Below, piece by piece: positions 42,107 to 56,103 of a stretch of 64,000 bases of DNA (position 1 is its first letter; each line of letters opens with the position of its first letter). A model generated the notes under the pieces. That model did not search any database. It saw nothing but the letters and a program-made list of their open reading frames with translations, and had not been told where the DNA came from. Made by a program: the position numbers and the translations under genes. Source of the stretch: Botryllus schlosseri (Eukaryota); NCBI GenBank assembly GCA_051294905.1, contig CM119372.1, forward strand, positions 39,434,001 through 39,498,000, read 5' to 3'.

Positions 42107-42459
42107 TATGATTGCTAGTTTGGTACGATCTTGATCATAGCTTTCTCGTGGTATCAAAGCGACTGTGTTTGCGTCTCTAGAAAAATAATTTTGATGACTT
42201 CAGGTTTAATCATTGCACTTTGGTCTAATCATGTCAGACAAACTGATCGCTTGAAACGCAATTGATGCAATTCTCTATTAAACACATTAATTTCTACGGA
42301 TATTCAGGGTTTCATATTTTGATCCAATATCCACAAGATATACCCATATAGCTCGACAAAATATTTTATAATAAACCTACATAGTAATACGTGTACCGTA
42401 TGCAGTTTCTGCAGATCATCTTATACGCTAGATATTCCGTACCACGTATAATCAACACA

Positions 42460-42535
42460 ATGGCAGATGGGGGTCAAAATCAACATTCCGGTGTCGCTGA
42501 TGTCACGTCCACATCCTTAGTTTCCGGGACTAAGG
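42460..42535 (+). CDS. Putative first coding exon of a host gene (MADGGQNQHSGVADVTSTSLVSGTK)
   Basis: Unique sequence. Upstream acceptors (tttctgcag, cgctag), ATG in acaATGG context, strong donor G|gtaagt. Its phase 1 matches the exon at 60757. Confidence 0.55.
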
Positions 42536-45500
42536 GTAAGTAATACCTTTAAGATTCGATCTCGGACTGCTTGATATTAATATCCATATTATCCATAATT
42601 GATACCTTATTTACGTATAACACATTTTGCTCCGTTCTTAGCATAGAGACAGAATGGTTTTGGAGATCTTTACAGAATCGATAATATTATTTGATATGCC
42701 AATATATCGAACCGCGCATGCATACTGTTATCAATAGTGTCCTATGATATCTGACTTTCGCAGAAGGTAAATTGTCAATCCAAAGTTCTCTAGGAACTCG
42801 ATATCCCGTATCCCCAAACCAGAGTAGCCACCAAGTAGTGAGTAATCCGTACGAATATTTGACATTTCTGATATCATTGGTGATTGCCAATTAGTGTGCT
42901 GTTGCTACTCTTCAAATTTGATGATATCCACAAAAAATTGTGAGGCCCGCATTAGAGTGGTAGTCGTGTCCGATGAAGCAGAGGTCTCAAACTGAAATGC
43001 GCTCGCGGGGCAATTTCTTAGTGTTTGATGACGCCGCGGGCTGCAGCATCAATAATAGGGATATTCAATGTAAAATTTCCAAGTAGGCCTTATTTGACGG
43101 GGGCTTGCATACAGGCATTCCACCAACATCGTGAAAATGTAATTTACTATTGTTCTATTCACGCTTGACACGGAAACAAAATCACATTTTCAAATATTTG
43201 AATAAAATCCTTTTTGTACCGGGCATAATTTGTTAAAATGATGAGTTATGGACATCATGCGAGAGGATGCATCATAACATTGTCAAACTGTCGGGTTACA
43301 TTATTGTAGCTAGTGGGCATTTGACGTGCCACAATTTTATTTAGGATATTTTAAAATCTAATGAAAATTGATCTGATATCAGAGCATTTGAGCGGTTTAG
43401 CCTAGTTGGGGTTTTGATGTAGTCGTGATAAGTAGGATATTGCTACTGTCATTGCCAAAGTCAACTTAAATCAGCGTTAGATTTTGCCTTCGATTATTAT
43501 TGGAACTTGGAACATATCAATAACAACTTAAATGTAATCATTATTGAGCAATAGTAATAGCATTGTTTCTTAACTTTAGCGATCGTGCCCTTCGTGCTTC
43601 CAATAAGATTTCTCGTATCCCCTGTTCATTTTCAACACAATTTCTGATGGTACCTATATTAAAATCAGACAGGTAGGATAGGACAGGATAGGCCTAATTC
43701 CACAATGCATCTCGTACCCGCTGATGCGCTGCTTCGTACCCCGAAGGGGTCTACGGACCCTGGTTAAGAACCCCTGGAATAGATATGTTCAATCGCCGAC
43801 GAATTTATTGGTGTTACAGCTGTGGAGCGTACTACTACCTTACTCGCAACCTACAATAACATAGATAAAGAGAACAAATAACACCCAGCTTGTAAGCAAC
43901 TATGCGTCACGGGGGTCACATAATATCGATGGTTGCCATACTAACTTTATTAGATAGCTATATACCCTACTAAACGCAAGCTACGACCTTTTGATATATT
44001 ACAATTCCCGATGACAGTTTCATGGATTGTTACGTCCGTAGTAGGAATATAAGGTCACCGTTCCGAGTCGCAAGTCATTCTGTGATTTTAACGTTTGACC
44101 CGACTCAACTCCAGTCGTTTTTATTTAATCGCTCAGCCAATCCGAAATCGAGTAATGTTACGAAAGGTCGCACCAAACAAAATCACAATGTTTAGTCACG
44201 AATCATCATCGGGTCATGTTTTATCAATATGAACTAGAAATATGACGTAATAGCCGATCTTCTACCGCATCGTAGCTTTTAAACGTGATGTGATATAGTG
44301 TAGTTTGTGGAGATTTCAGTGATTTTTATTGTAGTTTCAGGGTGAACTTTAAGTTCGTATATCTAAAAAAGATATGTGGCACTTGAATATATTGTCGAAT
44401 GCTTGAAATTCCAGAATGATGTCGTTGGCCGCACAAAATGTTCTCGCGAGGCAAAGTCGCAAGGCAGAGTCGCCATTGGTCTTTGTTGATTTTGACTATG
44501 TTCCATATCGAGTTTGGTGACAGGATTGAGTATGGTATATTGTAATGCTGTCATCTAGCACTGTACCAAGTTTCAAGGCTGTGACTTGATGATTAGCATA
44601 ATAATTTCGCTGTCGAAGTCGAGTATCTGGTAGATGTATAGCCGACTTTGATATAGGAATTACTATGCTAATCATTAAGTAACAATCCTCAAACTTGCTG
44701 CGAAGCTTGATAACACATCCAAGATACATCATACCGAATTTATATCGTCATCTATGTCGGTATGGAACACTTTCAAAATTTACATATACCAATTACAAAT
44801 TTTGCGAACATTCCTTTATGCGGTATAGGCTCAATGGAAAATAAGCACATTCAGACCCACCCTGGATACTCGACTTTGATAACGTACTTACTAATGTAAT
44901 TATCGAGTCACAGCCTAGAAACTTGGTACAGTGTTAGATTCCTTCATCCAGCTATATACTAATAGGCTGAATGCCAGATTAGAGCGCACCCTAGCATACT
45001 CGACTTCGATAACGAAATTGCTACCGTAATCATTGAGTCACAGCCTTCAGGGTGGGTTTCACAAAGTAGTCTTAATTTAGACCTGGCTTAAGGCCAGTGA
45101 ATGACTTGCTCAAGTCGCCAGGCGTCGGCCGTCTTACATGGGTTTCAAATGTCAATTTGGCGCCAGGCTCGGCCAAGTCCGTTAGTTGCGAGTAATTACT
45201 GTCTACTTCGTCGCTGTAGCGAGTTCAACACGGAACCGAGGCCAGATTGCTATTGTTTTGAGTTGCTCGCTGATATCGTTGAGTATAGCGATGCAGTGAA
45301 GGAATATGAAATTGATTGAGTTGTTGAAATTTACGGACGGATGATCAGAACAGAACCCCGAGGAAGTATCTGGCAGATGTTCAGCACGTTATCGCAAAGT
45401 ATTCGAAGAAATAGTGCGGCTGTGATTCCGATTTTTGAAGACACAACTGCCCAGCATTTTGGCATATTAAATGATGAAGATTATGCTCTTGAAGATGCTG

Positions 45501-47781
45501 AATATCCACTGAGGACTTACTTACTCACGCCACTGTTATGCCCAAGAACTTTGACCGAAAAAAGTCACTATTGTTTTCATACATAATATTACCCTCTGGC
45601 AGAGCGCAGTGCTTTCTGTGTTGAAGAAAATATCTCGCGCATTGGCAATATTCAAGGAAGAACCTCAGAATATCGTTATGACAATAGCCTGCCTTTACCT
45701 TCACAATCATAGCAATGCAGACAAGGCAGATGGAGCTGAATTTGATGGCATACTGCATCTGGAATCGTTGAACGCACTCGCACGGTATCGAATCCTACAT
45801 AGAAATCTGCACGACAACGCATGATCTAGAGATTTTTTTCTAGCTAGCATTCACAAATATTCTTGTTTGCAATACATTTGATTACATTCCAAAACATGCT
45901 CGTGCTTTATTGCTTGTGACACGTAAAAATGAGGTAAAATGTGCATTATTGCTTTAAGAAAGTTCAAGTTTATAAATTTGTGACACAAGATAGCAAAGTT
46001 ATTGCAAGGGGCTTGGAAAACTGGAGCAGGTGGACATGAACGGCTGAACAAAATTGAATCAAATGTACAAAAGACATGTTTTGATTCTAGATTCGGCTAG
46101 CGTCAAATTAATGTTGTTCAACATTTTCTATAATTATTAACTTTGAGACAATGCTCAACTTGTTTTATTCTCTTCTGCTTTATCACTGATTTCCAAATCT
46201 TCGCTGCTTCATAGCTGACTGTGGGCCTGGGCGTCGGTGAGCTGTTGGTAGAGATATAACTGATGAATTTCGAACGAATTTTTCAATTTTTATACTGTTG
46301 CTATCCATACAAAACTCAATAGTAATACATAGCATCAGCAAACCATACGAATGTTAATAGCAAATGAAATAATAATTAATAGCAATAATAATGAGATAAC
46401 AAACAGACAATTGATGAACTAGTAAAAAGTAATGAATGCAAATTTACCGTGATTTGGTTGGAAATGTTGCTGCCAAAACAACTAGCAGATGCAGCTCCCA
46501 ACTGCTACTCCATAAGTTGGCAGATCAGATGGGTCAGCATCTATCACAAAACAACTTATCAAGCATGGTATAAATATGAATGGAAATGACATACTTACAG
46601 CCCAGTGTTGGTATCACTGTGTGAGGAACTGGATAAAGCTCGAGCAAAGTGCTTTCAGAAAAACCTTGATATAAAATTAACTGGATATTGGTATGCGCAT
46701 TCACACTCACATATACAGATAGATAGATAAATACCTATTTGATGGCTTGGCACATCACTGCTTGTTTGATTTTCTCTGTGTTCCAAAAGAATGGTGCTAT
46801 CATTTGTTTCACAGCCTGCAGCTCACTCTGGTGCCACATTGCACAGTTATGTAATAATTTTTACATTGACTGATTATGCTACTATGACGATACTATGACT
46901 GGGTATCATATCTGTGAAAACAATGTTGAATTGACATATATATCAAAAAATTTGGATTACTGTAGCGTTTGCATGTACTGTACTTTGGATATTATTGGCA
47001 TATATCACTTCACATCAATGGCCCCTTTAAGCTGCATACATGCGCAAATGCGCAGTGCTGACACGGTCTATGCGCACAGAAAATCCGAAGTGATGGACCC
47101 TTTTTTTAGTCGTTACGCACTGTTGTCAAAGGGTCTGCGTAGTGAGTTCTTGAGTGTGCGCACAGACTCGTCAAAAATGAGAGGTAACATTGCTTCACAT
47201 CTGTAGCAATTCACTAACAACTTCATGCCAAGTCATGTCGTTTTTCTTTCCAAAACTTCTGAATCTTTATCCACTATGCTGAAATTCGGTGCGCGTGCAG
47301 TGAACGGAATATCAATACAATGTTGGTTGAAAAAACACATATTGATCAAAGTTCCATGTAGTCAGCACTATTCTAGAGAGTAGCGGTTACACATATTTAT
47401 GACAATGCTCATAGGCGTGAAGCGAAAATGGATATTGAGGGGAACCCTGCAATCAATCACAGTTGATTAGGCTCAACGAAATGAGCATGATACATATTTT
47501 CCATTTTCTGGTGACGCGTCGTGAGTTAATTTTTTAGCTATAACCACAGCAAAGTTAAACTATCAAAACGTCAACGTGCCTAAGTTAAAAGACGTAACCA
47601 GTCGTGAAAACTATAATGATGAGTTGACGTAGGCTGTCAATAAGGGACCTGTTGATCTGCCGCAACCTAAAATCTCATCTTGGGGCTTCTTCGATACATG
47701 CACCATAGTAACTGATGATCCCCATGACCACCACGATAAGCATCATTACCTTTAGCGGATTCGTATCGCTGACCTTTGTTC

Positions 47782-49760
47782 CAGTGTTGCCAACTCCAAA
47801 TGGACAAAAATCGCTAAAACTGGTGTCGAAAGTCGCTAGATGTCGCTAAATATTGAAAAGAAATCGCTAGAAAAAGTCGCTAAATCTGAATTAATTCCTA
47901 AAGTTGTTGAAAGACCCACCCGTACATTCGCATATTGCAGATTTTGCGTCATTTGTGGCATTTTTAGTTGTGCCTGTCCATTAGCCTGCCTGTCAAAGCT
48001 ATGAAGAATGACGAATTACCCTGAGGCGGACATTCAGGTGTTCTCGGAAGACATTTTAGATTTCCTGAAAAAGGAGGACAAATCCTCCTGAAAGAGGACA
48101 TGTGTGGAACCCTATTATATTTCGAGTTCATAATACGCAATAGTCATGTCAGATTGTCAGTCATCTCAGAACGGGACGAATTATGCGGTATATTTCAACC
48201 AAGGACATCCAGATATTCCTGAATGGATGGGGGTACTTGAATAAGACATGACACGACCGGGTCTGCTGGCCAATATTAGTATTAACTAGGCTTACCATAC
48301 GTCCTCTTTTAAGAGGATTTGTCCTCTTTTTTGACTTTTTTGAAAGTGTCCTCGGAGGACGCCCTTTTGTCCTCTTTTTTGAGATTTTGTCCTCTTTTTT
48401 TAAAATTCAGGTCTGTTATGCCGCAAATTAGCACAGAAGTGACGGTCCGGCGGATATTTCGGAGTGAAAAACGGTGAAGTTAGCTCTGAGCGAAAAAATG
48501 ACCTTTTTTTTTTAGTCATCCACCTGGCAATGTAGAGTAAAAAACGTTATTTTGAGATCTGAGCGGAAGTGAAGACCTTTTTTTTTTTTAGTCAACCGAC
48601 CGCAAAGTGGGAAAAATTCACCGGTTTTTGAGAATTCTACTCCGGTTTTGTATCTTGCAAATTTCTGAAAAAGTGTCCTCTTTTTGCATTTTCAAAATAT
48701 GGTAAGCCTATATTAACGTACGTTTTACAAAAGAATAGGAGGCCAATCTGCTAAATATATATCACTACTTATATAGCGGGAGACGATCCAATTATATTTC
48801 TATTCCCCTGTACACCCATCTGATCAATGGTATATAAATTATTACGTTTGATATTTGTTTGCAAAAGTAACGTGTTAATTCTGAATGAAGTTCGGTTCGA
48901 TGAAGTAAGTTATTGTCTAAAGTCTATTTAAGAGTCTTTCTGTTATCCGGCAGCACGCATAGAAATTCGTGATTACATTTTTTGGTTATTTCAGTATTAA
49001 AGTGTTGTCACATCATGTGTTAGTATCAAAAGTAGGCCTACGCGACGTAATCGTTCATTTTTTCATCGATTTGACGTGAATCAGATATAAAATTTTGTAT
49101 TCGAGCAATTCGGGGGAAGGCGATTTAAACGCGATCCCCTTTCGATCCCGTTATTGGTACAAATAGTGTTATAGGACTGGTGCAGCTCGCGTATAGGTGT
49201 CAAAAGTCCGATGCATAATAGTTGTCGCAGTTATCTTGTAAATCGCGGTTTCCGTTTTGGAGGATGCGGAATCCTATATATTCGTCCGGCGTGAACGTAC
49301 AGAATTCATTCACATATCGGACCTTCTACCTACCATATAGCAAATTTCATTGGACGAGCATGATTGCGATTGGTCGTATTGGGAGTCAATTGGCGATCTC
49401 GTTCAATCTTGGGAAATTTAGCGATTTTCATCGCTGAAAAAGTTATGACCATTTTGCTCCCGTGACCAAGAAAGTAAGTAGAGATCGACGTTCATGTCCA
49501 ATTGTCCATGTCCAAGTCCATGCACGCAACCTGAATGCATCTCGGCAATGCGTTCTGACGCTGTGGCCCTCATGGTGAACGTGCATGATGTTGGCTGCTC
49601 AAAACTGATTCATATCAGATATTTTTGAAAAAAAATCGCTAGAATATCGCTAAATATTTTTCAAAAGTCGCTAGATTGATCGCTAGTCGGTATTTTTTGT
49701 CGCTAAACCGAACGAAAAATCGCTAGATCTAGCGACAAAATCGCTAAATTGGCAACACTG
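47782..49760. mobile_element. hAT MITE with tcgcta subterminal repeats, nested in the Harbinger
   Basis: TIRs cagtgttgccaa / ttggcaacactg, TSD ctttgttc. Confidence 0.9.
48287..48710. mobile_element. hAT-like MITE with gtcctc repeats
   Basis: TIRs taggcttaccata / tatggtaagccta, flanking duplication tattaac. Confidence 0.8.
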
Positions 49761-51232
49761 CTTTGTTCACCAAAATGGACGGGATTCGCAAGTCCAACGC
49801 TATGCGCACCTTTACGCCTTACCCCAAATATCATTTACGGTATCTCGTAACCACAGTCATATCATATTCGTAAACAAATTGATTGGAGTCAGAGGACGAA
49901 GGTTACGGTGGTCATAGGGAACACTATTCGATACAATATGGTGCGGTTATGCGAGAAGTGCTAAGCTGTCCAGGGCTCTGGCTATCCATTTTGAATGAGA
50001 TCCGCTAAGTTATGAAGACTCCTGCAGCATTTCACTGTAAATCCTATTATATAATAGTATATCATATCAGCTTGTCACGTTCATGACAAGATGGATCATG
50101 CTATGAGATAAAGCATTGCTCCAAACTGCCTGACAGCGCACTAAACAATCATTTCGTCTGATTTGACAAGCTATTCATCAGAAAAATGGCCAATCTCCTC
50201 TAAAAAACAGCACAACAGTTACCAGCACAGGAGACTTCAGCCTTCCCCCTACCAGGCTTGGATATCGGTCTTAACAAAGTTCCCGCTTGGAGGGAAATCC
50301 CCTTAAGCCACAGTTTTGAAATTGACTTAGGGCTGAGGGGTGAAGCTTAAGACCGCTTAAGTCGACTATTTGAAACCCACCACAGTGCTATATTACGAAA
50401 TTCTGCTATCCCCCGCGGAATACAACACATTTAAAGCCTACATATAGCAATTCCGGTAGGCTAGATGCGAGATGAGCGCTCAACCTGATATACTCGACCA
50501 TGAGAACGAAATTACTCTCCTACACCCTTGAAAATTGGTTCAGTGTAAGATGAAATCATCTGACCTTCAGCCTACCGCATAGCAGATTTCTCGCGAAAGA
50601 TAGTATTGGCATGTGTAGATTTTAATTGTGTTATACACGGCGATGGATAACAAAATTTCGTTCTACATTTCTTCATGATGGCATCCAACGATGCACCAAG
50701 TTTTAAGGCTGTGACCCAATAATTATAAGTCGTGAATACAGGGTCCGCGTGCGCCGATGTGGCAATGAGCCTACCGTATGAAGGAATTTTCGCAAAATTT
50801 GATATTGGTATATGTGAATTTTAAGAGTGTTCCATACTGAGATGGATGACCAAATTCGGCATGGTGTATCTCGGTTGTGTTATCCAACTTCGGAGAAAGT
50901 TTCAGGATTGTCACGCAATGATTAGCTTGGTAAATCTGTTATCGAAGCCGGCGATATATCGGTGCGCGCAGATCTACCAGATACTCGACTTCAACAGCGA
51001 AATTACTAGGCTAATCATTGAGTCACAGCCTTGAAACTTGATACAGTGGTAAATGTCAGCATCAAAATATACCATACTAAATCCTGTCACCAAACTCGAT
51101 ATGGAACGTGGTTAAAAACAAGAAAGACCAATAGCGACTTTGCCTTTGTTACCGTTGCAGACCGATCGACAATAACAAAGTTGTCAAAGATATCTGGGCG
51201 TGACAGTCACGTGGTTTTCCGAGTGTCCACAC

Positions 51233-51648
51233 CAGAGATGAGCGGATTTGAAATTTCTATGTCCTAATTCAATCCAAATCCGAACCTTTAAATCCAAATC
51301 CAAATCGCAATCCGTAACTTTTACATATTCAAGTCCATGTACAATCCTAATCCGATTCCAACTGGACATTCAGAAAAAATACTAATTTATGCGATCGAGG
51401 GATTCGAAAATTTTCTTTCACAACCAACGATTCACTTGATTCAAGATAACTTAGTAGCCATAAGTACATTAATAACTGATCTGAATAAAGTTTGTCGCCA
51501 TTCGCCACACGACATTTCGATCTCCCAGAAACTAGGTCAATCCAATCCAAATCCTAATCCGTTCTGAAAAAAATGTCTAATCCAAATCCGACAAAATTTC
51601 ACAAATCCTGTTTTTTCAAAACCTAATCCTAATCCATGCTCATCTCTG
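51233..51648. mobile_element. hAT MITE with aatcc repeats
   Basis: TIRs cagagatgagc / gctcatctctg, TSD gtccacac. Confidence 0.9.
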
Positions 51649-51917
51649 GTCCACACCACCTGTGAGAACACGCAGGTGAAACTGAGAAGAGGGCTATTCC
51701 ATGCACAGACAAACGATGTTCACATCACTACCTCTTCAAATCTCCTGAAATTTGGTACACGCAAAGATGAGCTTATTCCAAACAGGATGAACTTTATTTT
51801 ATAAAAATTGGACTTTTGGGTCAAAAGGTACGTCACTTTGAAAATTGACAATTTTCTGCTCATTTCGGGTCTGCACATCTCAGGTTTTATCAATGAAATA
51901 TTCAAGAAGGTGTAGCT

Positions 51918-52882
51918 CAGGGGTGGGCAAACTACGGCCCGCGGGCCGCATGCGGCCCGCAGCACCGTTCTGTGCGGCCCGCAAGAGTCTAAAGAAATTT
52001 TTTAAAAACATTGATAAAATGCGTACTAAAAATCGAATTAATAAAGGGACTTGATTAATTTTTCTTGGTATATTTCACCATGATTATTCTAAGACAGTGG
52101 TTCTCAAACTGATGGGCGCGCGATTTACGTCCAAATATCTCTCATCCGCACTCATACCTTCCATGCCATCAAACTATCCCATAGGTTTGCTAGCATCCTG
52201 GTTGCGTTTTGTGATATGACGATAAGGGGGCGCGAAATCTTTCACCATCATAAGGGGGGGGGGGGCGTGTCCTAAAAAGTTTGATAACCACTGATCTATG
52301 AGGTAAATACTTGATATCACAGCGGCTGCAACGAGATTGACATAATTGGATCACGAGTGGGATTTCAGATTGGCCATTACATTTTCAATTATTTCAGTGT
52401 TGTGCTTATAAGAATGATTCGGGCGTGTCTTAGGTATAGATTCGTTGTCTGTATGCGTGGAATTAGGGTATTTATAATTTATCTAGACATGGTAGAAGCG
52501 TGTTTGACGCTAACCTGGTTATGATGCTGTCAGCATTGTGGGCCCTGGAACTGAACCAAAAGTGGAATTAGTGAATCTATGAACAGATCGCTGCTCACAG
52601 ATTTAAATTTCAATCCTGTTCTAAGAATCGGGCCAACCGACTTTCATCTATAGTTTTGACGAATTGGTTATTGAGGTCCGCAAGAATATGAAATCTCACG
52701 TGTAGGACATCATCAAAGCAATGTTTGGCTTGCTTTAAATGAGCACATATATTATCTCCCTGTCCTCACTATATAATCAAATATTGCGTTTTGGTTTATA
52801 ATCCCGATTTTATATAGTGCGGCCCACGAATGGATTCAAATGTTGAATGCGGCCCGCCAGCTCAAAAGTTTGCCCACCCCTG
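51918..52882. mobile_element. hAT MITE in the left foldback arm, containing a smaller MITE at 52095-52293
   Basis: TIRs caggggtgggcaaact / agtttgcccacccctg, TSD gtgtagct. Absent from the right arm at ~58265. Confidence 0.9.
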
Positions 52883-53220
52883 GTGTAGCTAGATTTTGGA
52901 CGACAGTTGAGATACGGCATTTGGATTTATCTGAAGCTTGTCTGAACGCCTATATTTCCAAGTGAAATTTAATACCCTGTAGGTTAGGGTCAAAGGTTAA
53001 ATTGAGTAGGGAATCTGAAGTCAGTCAGGCGTTACACGATTTCGACAGCGGATTGCTCAAAAACATATTAAAATATTTTGGAAAAAACGATCTTAAATGA
53101 AAGTTTACTTCAAGGAGAATTCGTTCATAGCTGTTGATTTTGGTTTTAAAACTGTAAAGTGATGAAATTGCAGTTTTAAGAGCACACTGGATTTGTACGT
53201 GGATATGCAGCACTAGTAGG

Positions 53221-53620
53221 GCGTGTTCGGACATCGAGTCTGGGGTGTGTGTGGGCAACATGTCTGGGGTGTGCTCGGACTGTGTTGCCATTCGGACATC
53301 GTATCTGGGGTGAGTTCGGATTGTTTTGCCCCTCGGACATCGTGTCTGGGGTGTGTTCGGGACATCATGTCTTGGGTGCGTTTGGAAAGTTTTGCAACTC
53401 GGACATCGTGCCGAGGGTGTGTTTGTAATGTGTTGCCATTCGGACATCGTGTCTAGGGCGTGCTCGGACATCATGTCTGGGGTGTTAAGACTGTGCTGCC
53501 ACTCGGACATCGTGTCTGGGGTGTGTTCGGATTGTATTGTGACTCGGACATCGTGTCTAAGGGGGGTGGGGGTGTTAGGGCATCATGCCTGGGATGTGTT
53601 CGTGCTGCCGAGACATGCCT
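53221..53620 (+). repeat. Minisatellite in the left foldback arm
   Basis: Core tcggacatcgtgtctggggtgtgt (24 bp) alternating with ~42-bp variants. Confidence 0.9.
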
Positions 53621-53794
53621 CAGACCTTATATCTGCGCACAATTTTTATCCGGACATGCTTCGGTGCTGATACCTGGGCACTAAATACCTCCAGGCATGA
53701 TGGTCCGGACGTATATCTGCGCGCTTAATGGACGACAGACATGCGTCAGACGTGATACCCGCGTCCTGAACGACGCATGACCTATATGCAGGGT

Positions 53795-54800
53795 CAGGGC
53801 CGTAACAGCACTTCGTCAGGCCCCCTCAAAACGTTGGTCCTGGGCCCCCCATAGGGTGATAAACCTGACTTCTGGGGGGCTTCGCCCCCCCGGACCCCCC
53901 TTACTCTGTCCGTTGTTTACCACTGCTTATAATGTATATTGGGTGTGCGCTTCATAAGCCAGTTTTTATCGCATAAACGCGCGAAACGCGAAAAATTTCT
54001 ATAATTCATGACTGAATCGGGCAATATGATCGGGAATAGCATATATATTGCAATCAATTTCTTGTCCTCTATGCTCAGTTGCTCACGTAATCAGATTTAC
54101 CGGTAGAGCTGAGTCAGGTGTTGTCTTGGAAAATGTAGAGCCCGTAAATAATAATTAAACATCTTCGGGCAGGTGGACCCATTGGTATGACTTCGTTACA
54201 TGATGGTATTTCGTGACCTCCTGTCTGCTATATCAAAAGTATACAATCGCCCAAAGATACTAAACTAAAAGATCACACGATTTCAAATTGGTATTTCTTC
54301 ACTGGCATATAATTTTTCCTTGATGGGTGGTATTTGTCTTGTGAGGTTCAGTTTGCCAAGACAGGAACATTTAGGTGCCAGTCATTTAGATGCCTATGGA
54401 CTATTAAACCCACATGTCTTTTGTATATGTAACGAAGTTTTCGGTCAGCATAATTTTCGGCCAAGGTTTTCTCGCTGCCGATCGTTCTGGCACACTTTTT
54501 GCAGTCGCATGTTACATGACCCAAAACTTTATACGTCTTGGTGCGTCGTGGCGAGGTAATGGCCAACGCTGATATGCCCATTTCTATAAATCTTGCGTAT
54601 TTTTTCTTGTGGGAAGAGCACCCAATATTCAAGATAGTCGGCAACTTGAAATCGCGCGCAGCGTGAAAAATTTTTGATAAAGTTGCCTAAATTTTCAAAA
54701 AATACTCTATAATTTATGCTAATTCACGAAATACTTTTGGGCCCCCTTCGAGCTCGCCCCCCCCAATTGGGGGGTTTGGGGTGCGGCAGTTACGGCCCTG
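53795..54800 (-). mobile_element. CAGGGCCGTAAC-family MITE inserted inside another element's TIR
   Basis: Perfect TIRs cagggccgtaac / gttacggccctg, TSD tgcagggt. Confidence 0.9.
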
Positions 54801-55112
54801 TGCAGGGTTGCCATACCGTCCTTATATCTAAGATTTGTCCTTATTTTGAAGAGCCACGTCTTAGAAAACTCAACTGTCCTTATTTTTAAGAAATGTCCTT
54901 GTTTTTGACTTGCGTCCTTATTTTGTCTTATTTTCAACAACTACTACAGAACTTCGATCATTTTCCTCTGGTATCTGTGTTGCAATATCTGCAATTGTGA
55001 CATTGACCTGGAGACCATATGAAAAATACCGCTATTTTAACTTATATTGAAGAGCTTCTTGGAGGTACAGAACTTCAATATACAATTTAATAGAATATTC
55101 ATATTGAAATGA

Positions 55113-55156
55113 ACCCGAATATTTTCGGCTGACACTCGTCAGGGGTAATCGTCAGC
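55113..55156 (-). ncRNA. Minimal type I hammerhead ribozyme (inverted copy)
   Basis: Reverse complement of 56060-56103. Confidence 0.75.
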
Positions 55157-55589
55157 AACTAGTAGAGAATTGGAAAGAACATTGTATATCAACAATCGTA
55201 TCACAAAATATGACGTGACCAGCATGAAATTTCGAATGAGAGAGCGTTCAATGTATTATTTTTAGGTGGTACACGAACTCCTTTTGTTGACAGAGTTTTG
55301 GTTGGTGTATTTTGATAAAAGTTGATTCCAAGGCACACAAATGGAATTGTGAACGGCCTCGCCCTACGATTCGAAATCAGTCGTCTCGATAATTATTCGC
55401 ACAAATCGGATTATCCAACAGATGTTTGCCGATGGCAGAATTAGTGGCCTTTGATCGATCAGCATCAATCTTAAGTGGATGAGTTGAGGGTGAGCTTTTC
55501 ACTGAACGTGACGCACGTGTTCTGATAAATCTGGGACGTGTTGGTTTATGCGGTCCTGCAGACGTCTTGACGTGTAGTGTATATCCACA

Positions 55590-55968
55590 ACTTGTAGTGT
55601 ACGAATATAGGTGCCACTGTGATTGTGGCTACGTGGGAAGAACGTCAAGACGTCTGCAGGACCGCATAAACCAACACGTCCCCAGATTTATCAGAACACG
55701 TGCGTCACGCTCAGTGAAAAGCTCACCCTTAACTCATCCACTTAAGATTGATGCTGATCGATCAAAGGCCATTAATTCTGCTATCGGCAAACATCTGTTG
55801 GATAATCCGATTTGTGCGAATAATTATCGAGACGACCGATTTCGAATCGTAGGGTGACGCCGTTCACAATTCCATTTGTGTGCCTTGGAATCAACTTTTA
55901 TCAAAATACACCAACCAAAACTCTGTCAACAAAAGGAGTTCGTGTACCACCTAAAAATAGTACATTGA
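55590..55968 (+). pseudogene. Penelope GIY-YIG endonuclease C-terminal fragment
   Basis: VVYEYRCHCDCGYVGRTSRRLQDRINQH..SAIGKHLLDNPIC..LCALESTFIKIHQPKLCQQKEFVYHL. The TGA at 55855 is CGA in the inverted copy. Confidence 0.9.
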
Positions 55969-56059
55969 ACGCTCTCTCATTCGAAATTTCATGCTGGTCA
56001 CGTCATATTTTGTGATACGATTGTTGATATACAATGTTCTTTCCAATTCTCTACTAGTT

Positions 56060-56103
56060 GCTGACGATTACCCCTGACGAGTGTCAGCCGAAAATATTCG
56101 GGT
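56060..56103 (+). ncRNA. Minimal type I hammerhead ribozyme in the Penelope pseudo-LTR
   Basis: ACCC-CUGACGA-GUGUCAGCC-GAAA-AUAU-UC-GGGU: intact core boxes, stem I ACCC/GGGU, palindromic stem III AAUAUU, predicted cleavage after C56099. Confidence 0.75.

Larger units (their letters stand above)
45051..50382. mobile_element. Degraded PIF/Harbinger transposon with convergent transposase (+) and Myb/SANT-like (-) pseudogenes
   Basis: TIRs ggtgggtttca / tgaaacccacc, probable TSD CAG. HARBI1-like peptides LEDAEYPLRTYLLTP and IACLYLHN (45341-45824). Minus-strand RAPNFSIVDK and RTLKNSLRRPFDN (47100-47300). Confidence 0.8.
44461..51146. mobile_element. Long-TIR foldback element built from aaacttggtacag units, Harbinger inserted in the centre
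   Basis: 44461-44820 is the reverse complement of ~50780-51146 (aaggcagagtcgc / gcgactttgcctt). Superfamily uncertain. Confidence 0.55.

Noticed and set aside
51161..51675. Candidate extra host exon (ttgcag acceptor ... cag|gtgaaa)
   Set aside because: Interrupted by a MITE, weak donor, phase mismatch and no recognisable peptide.
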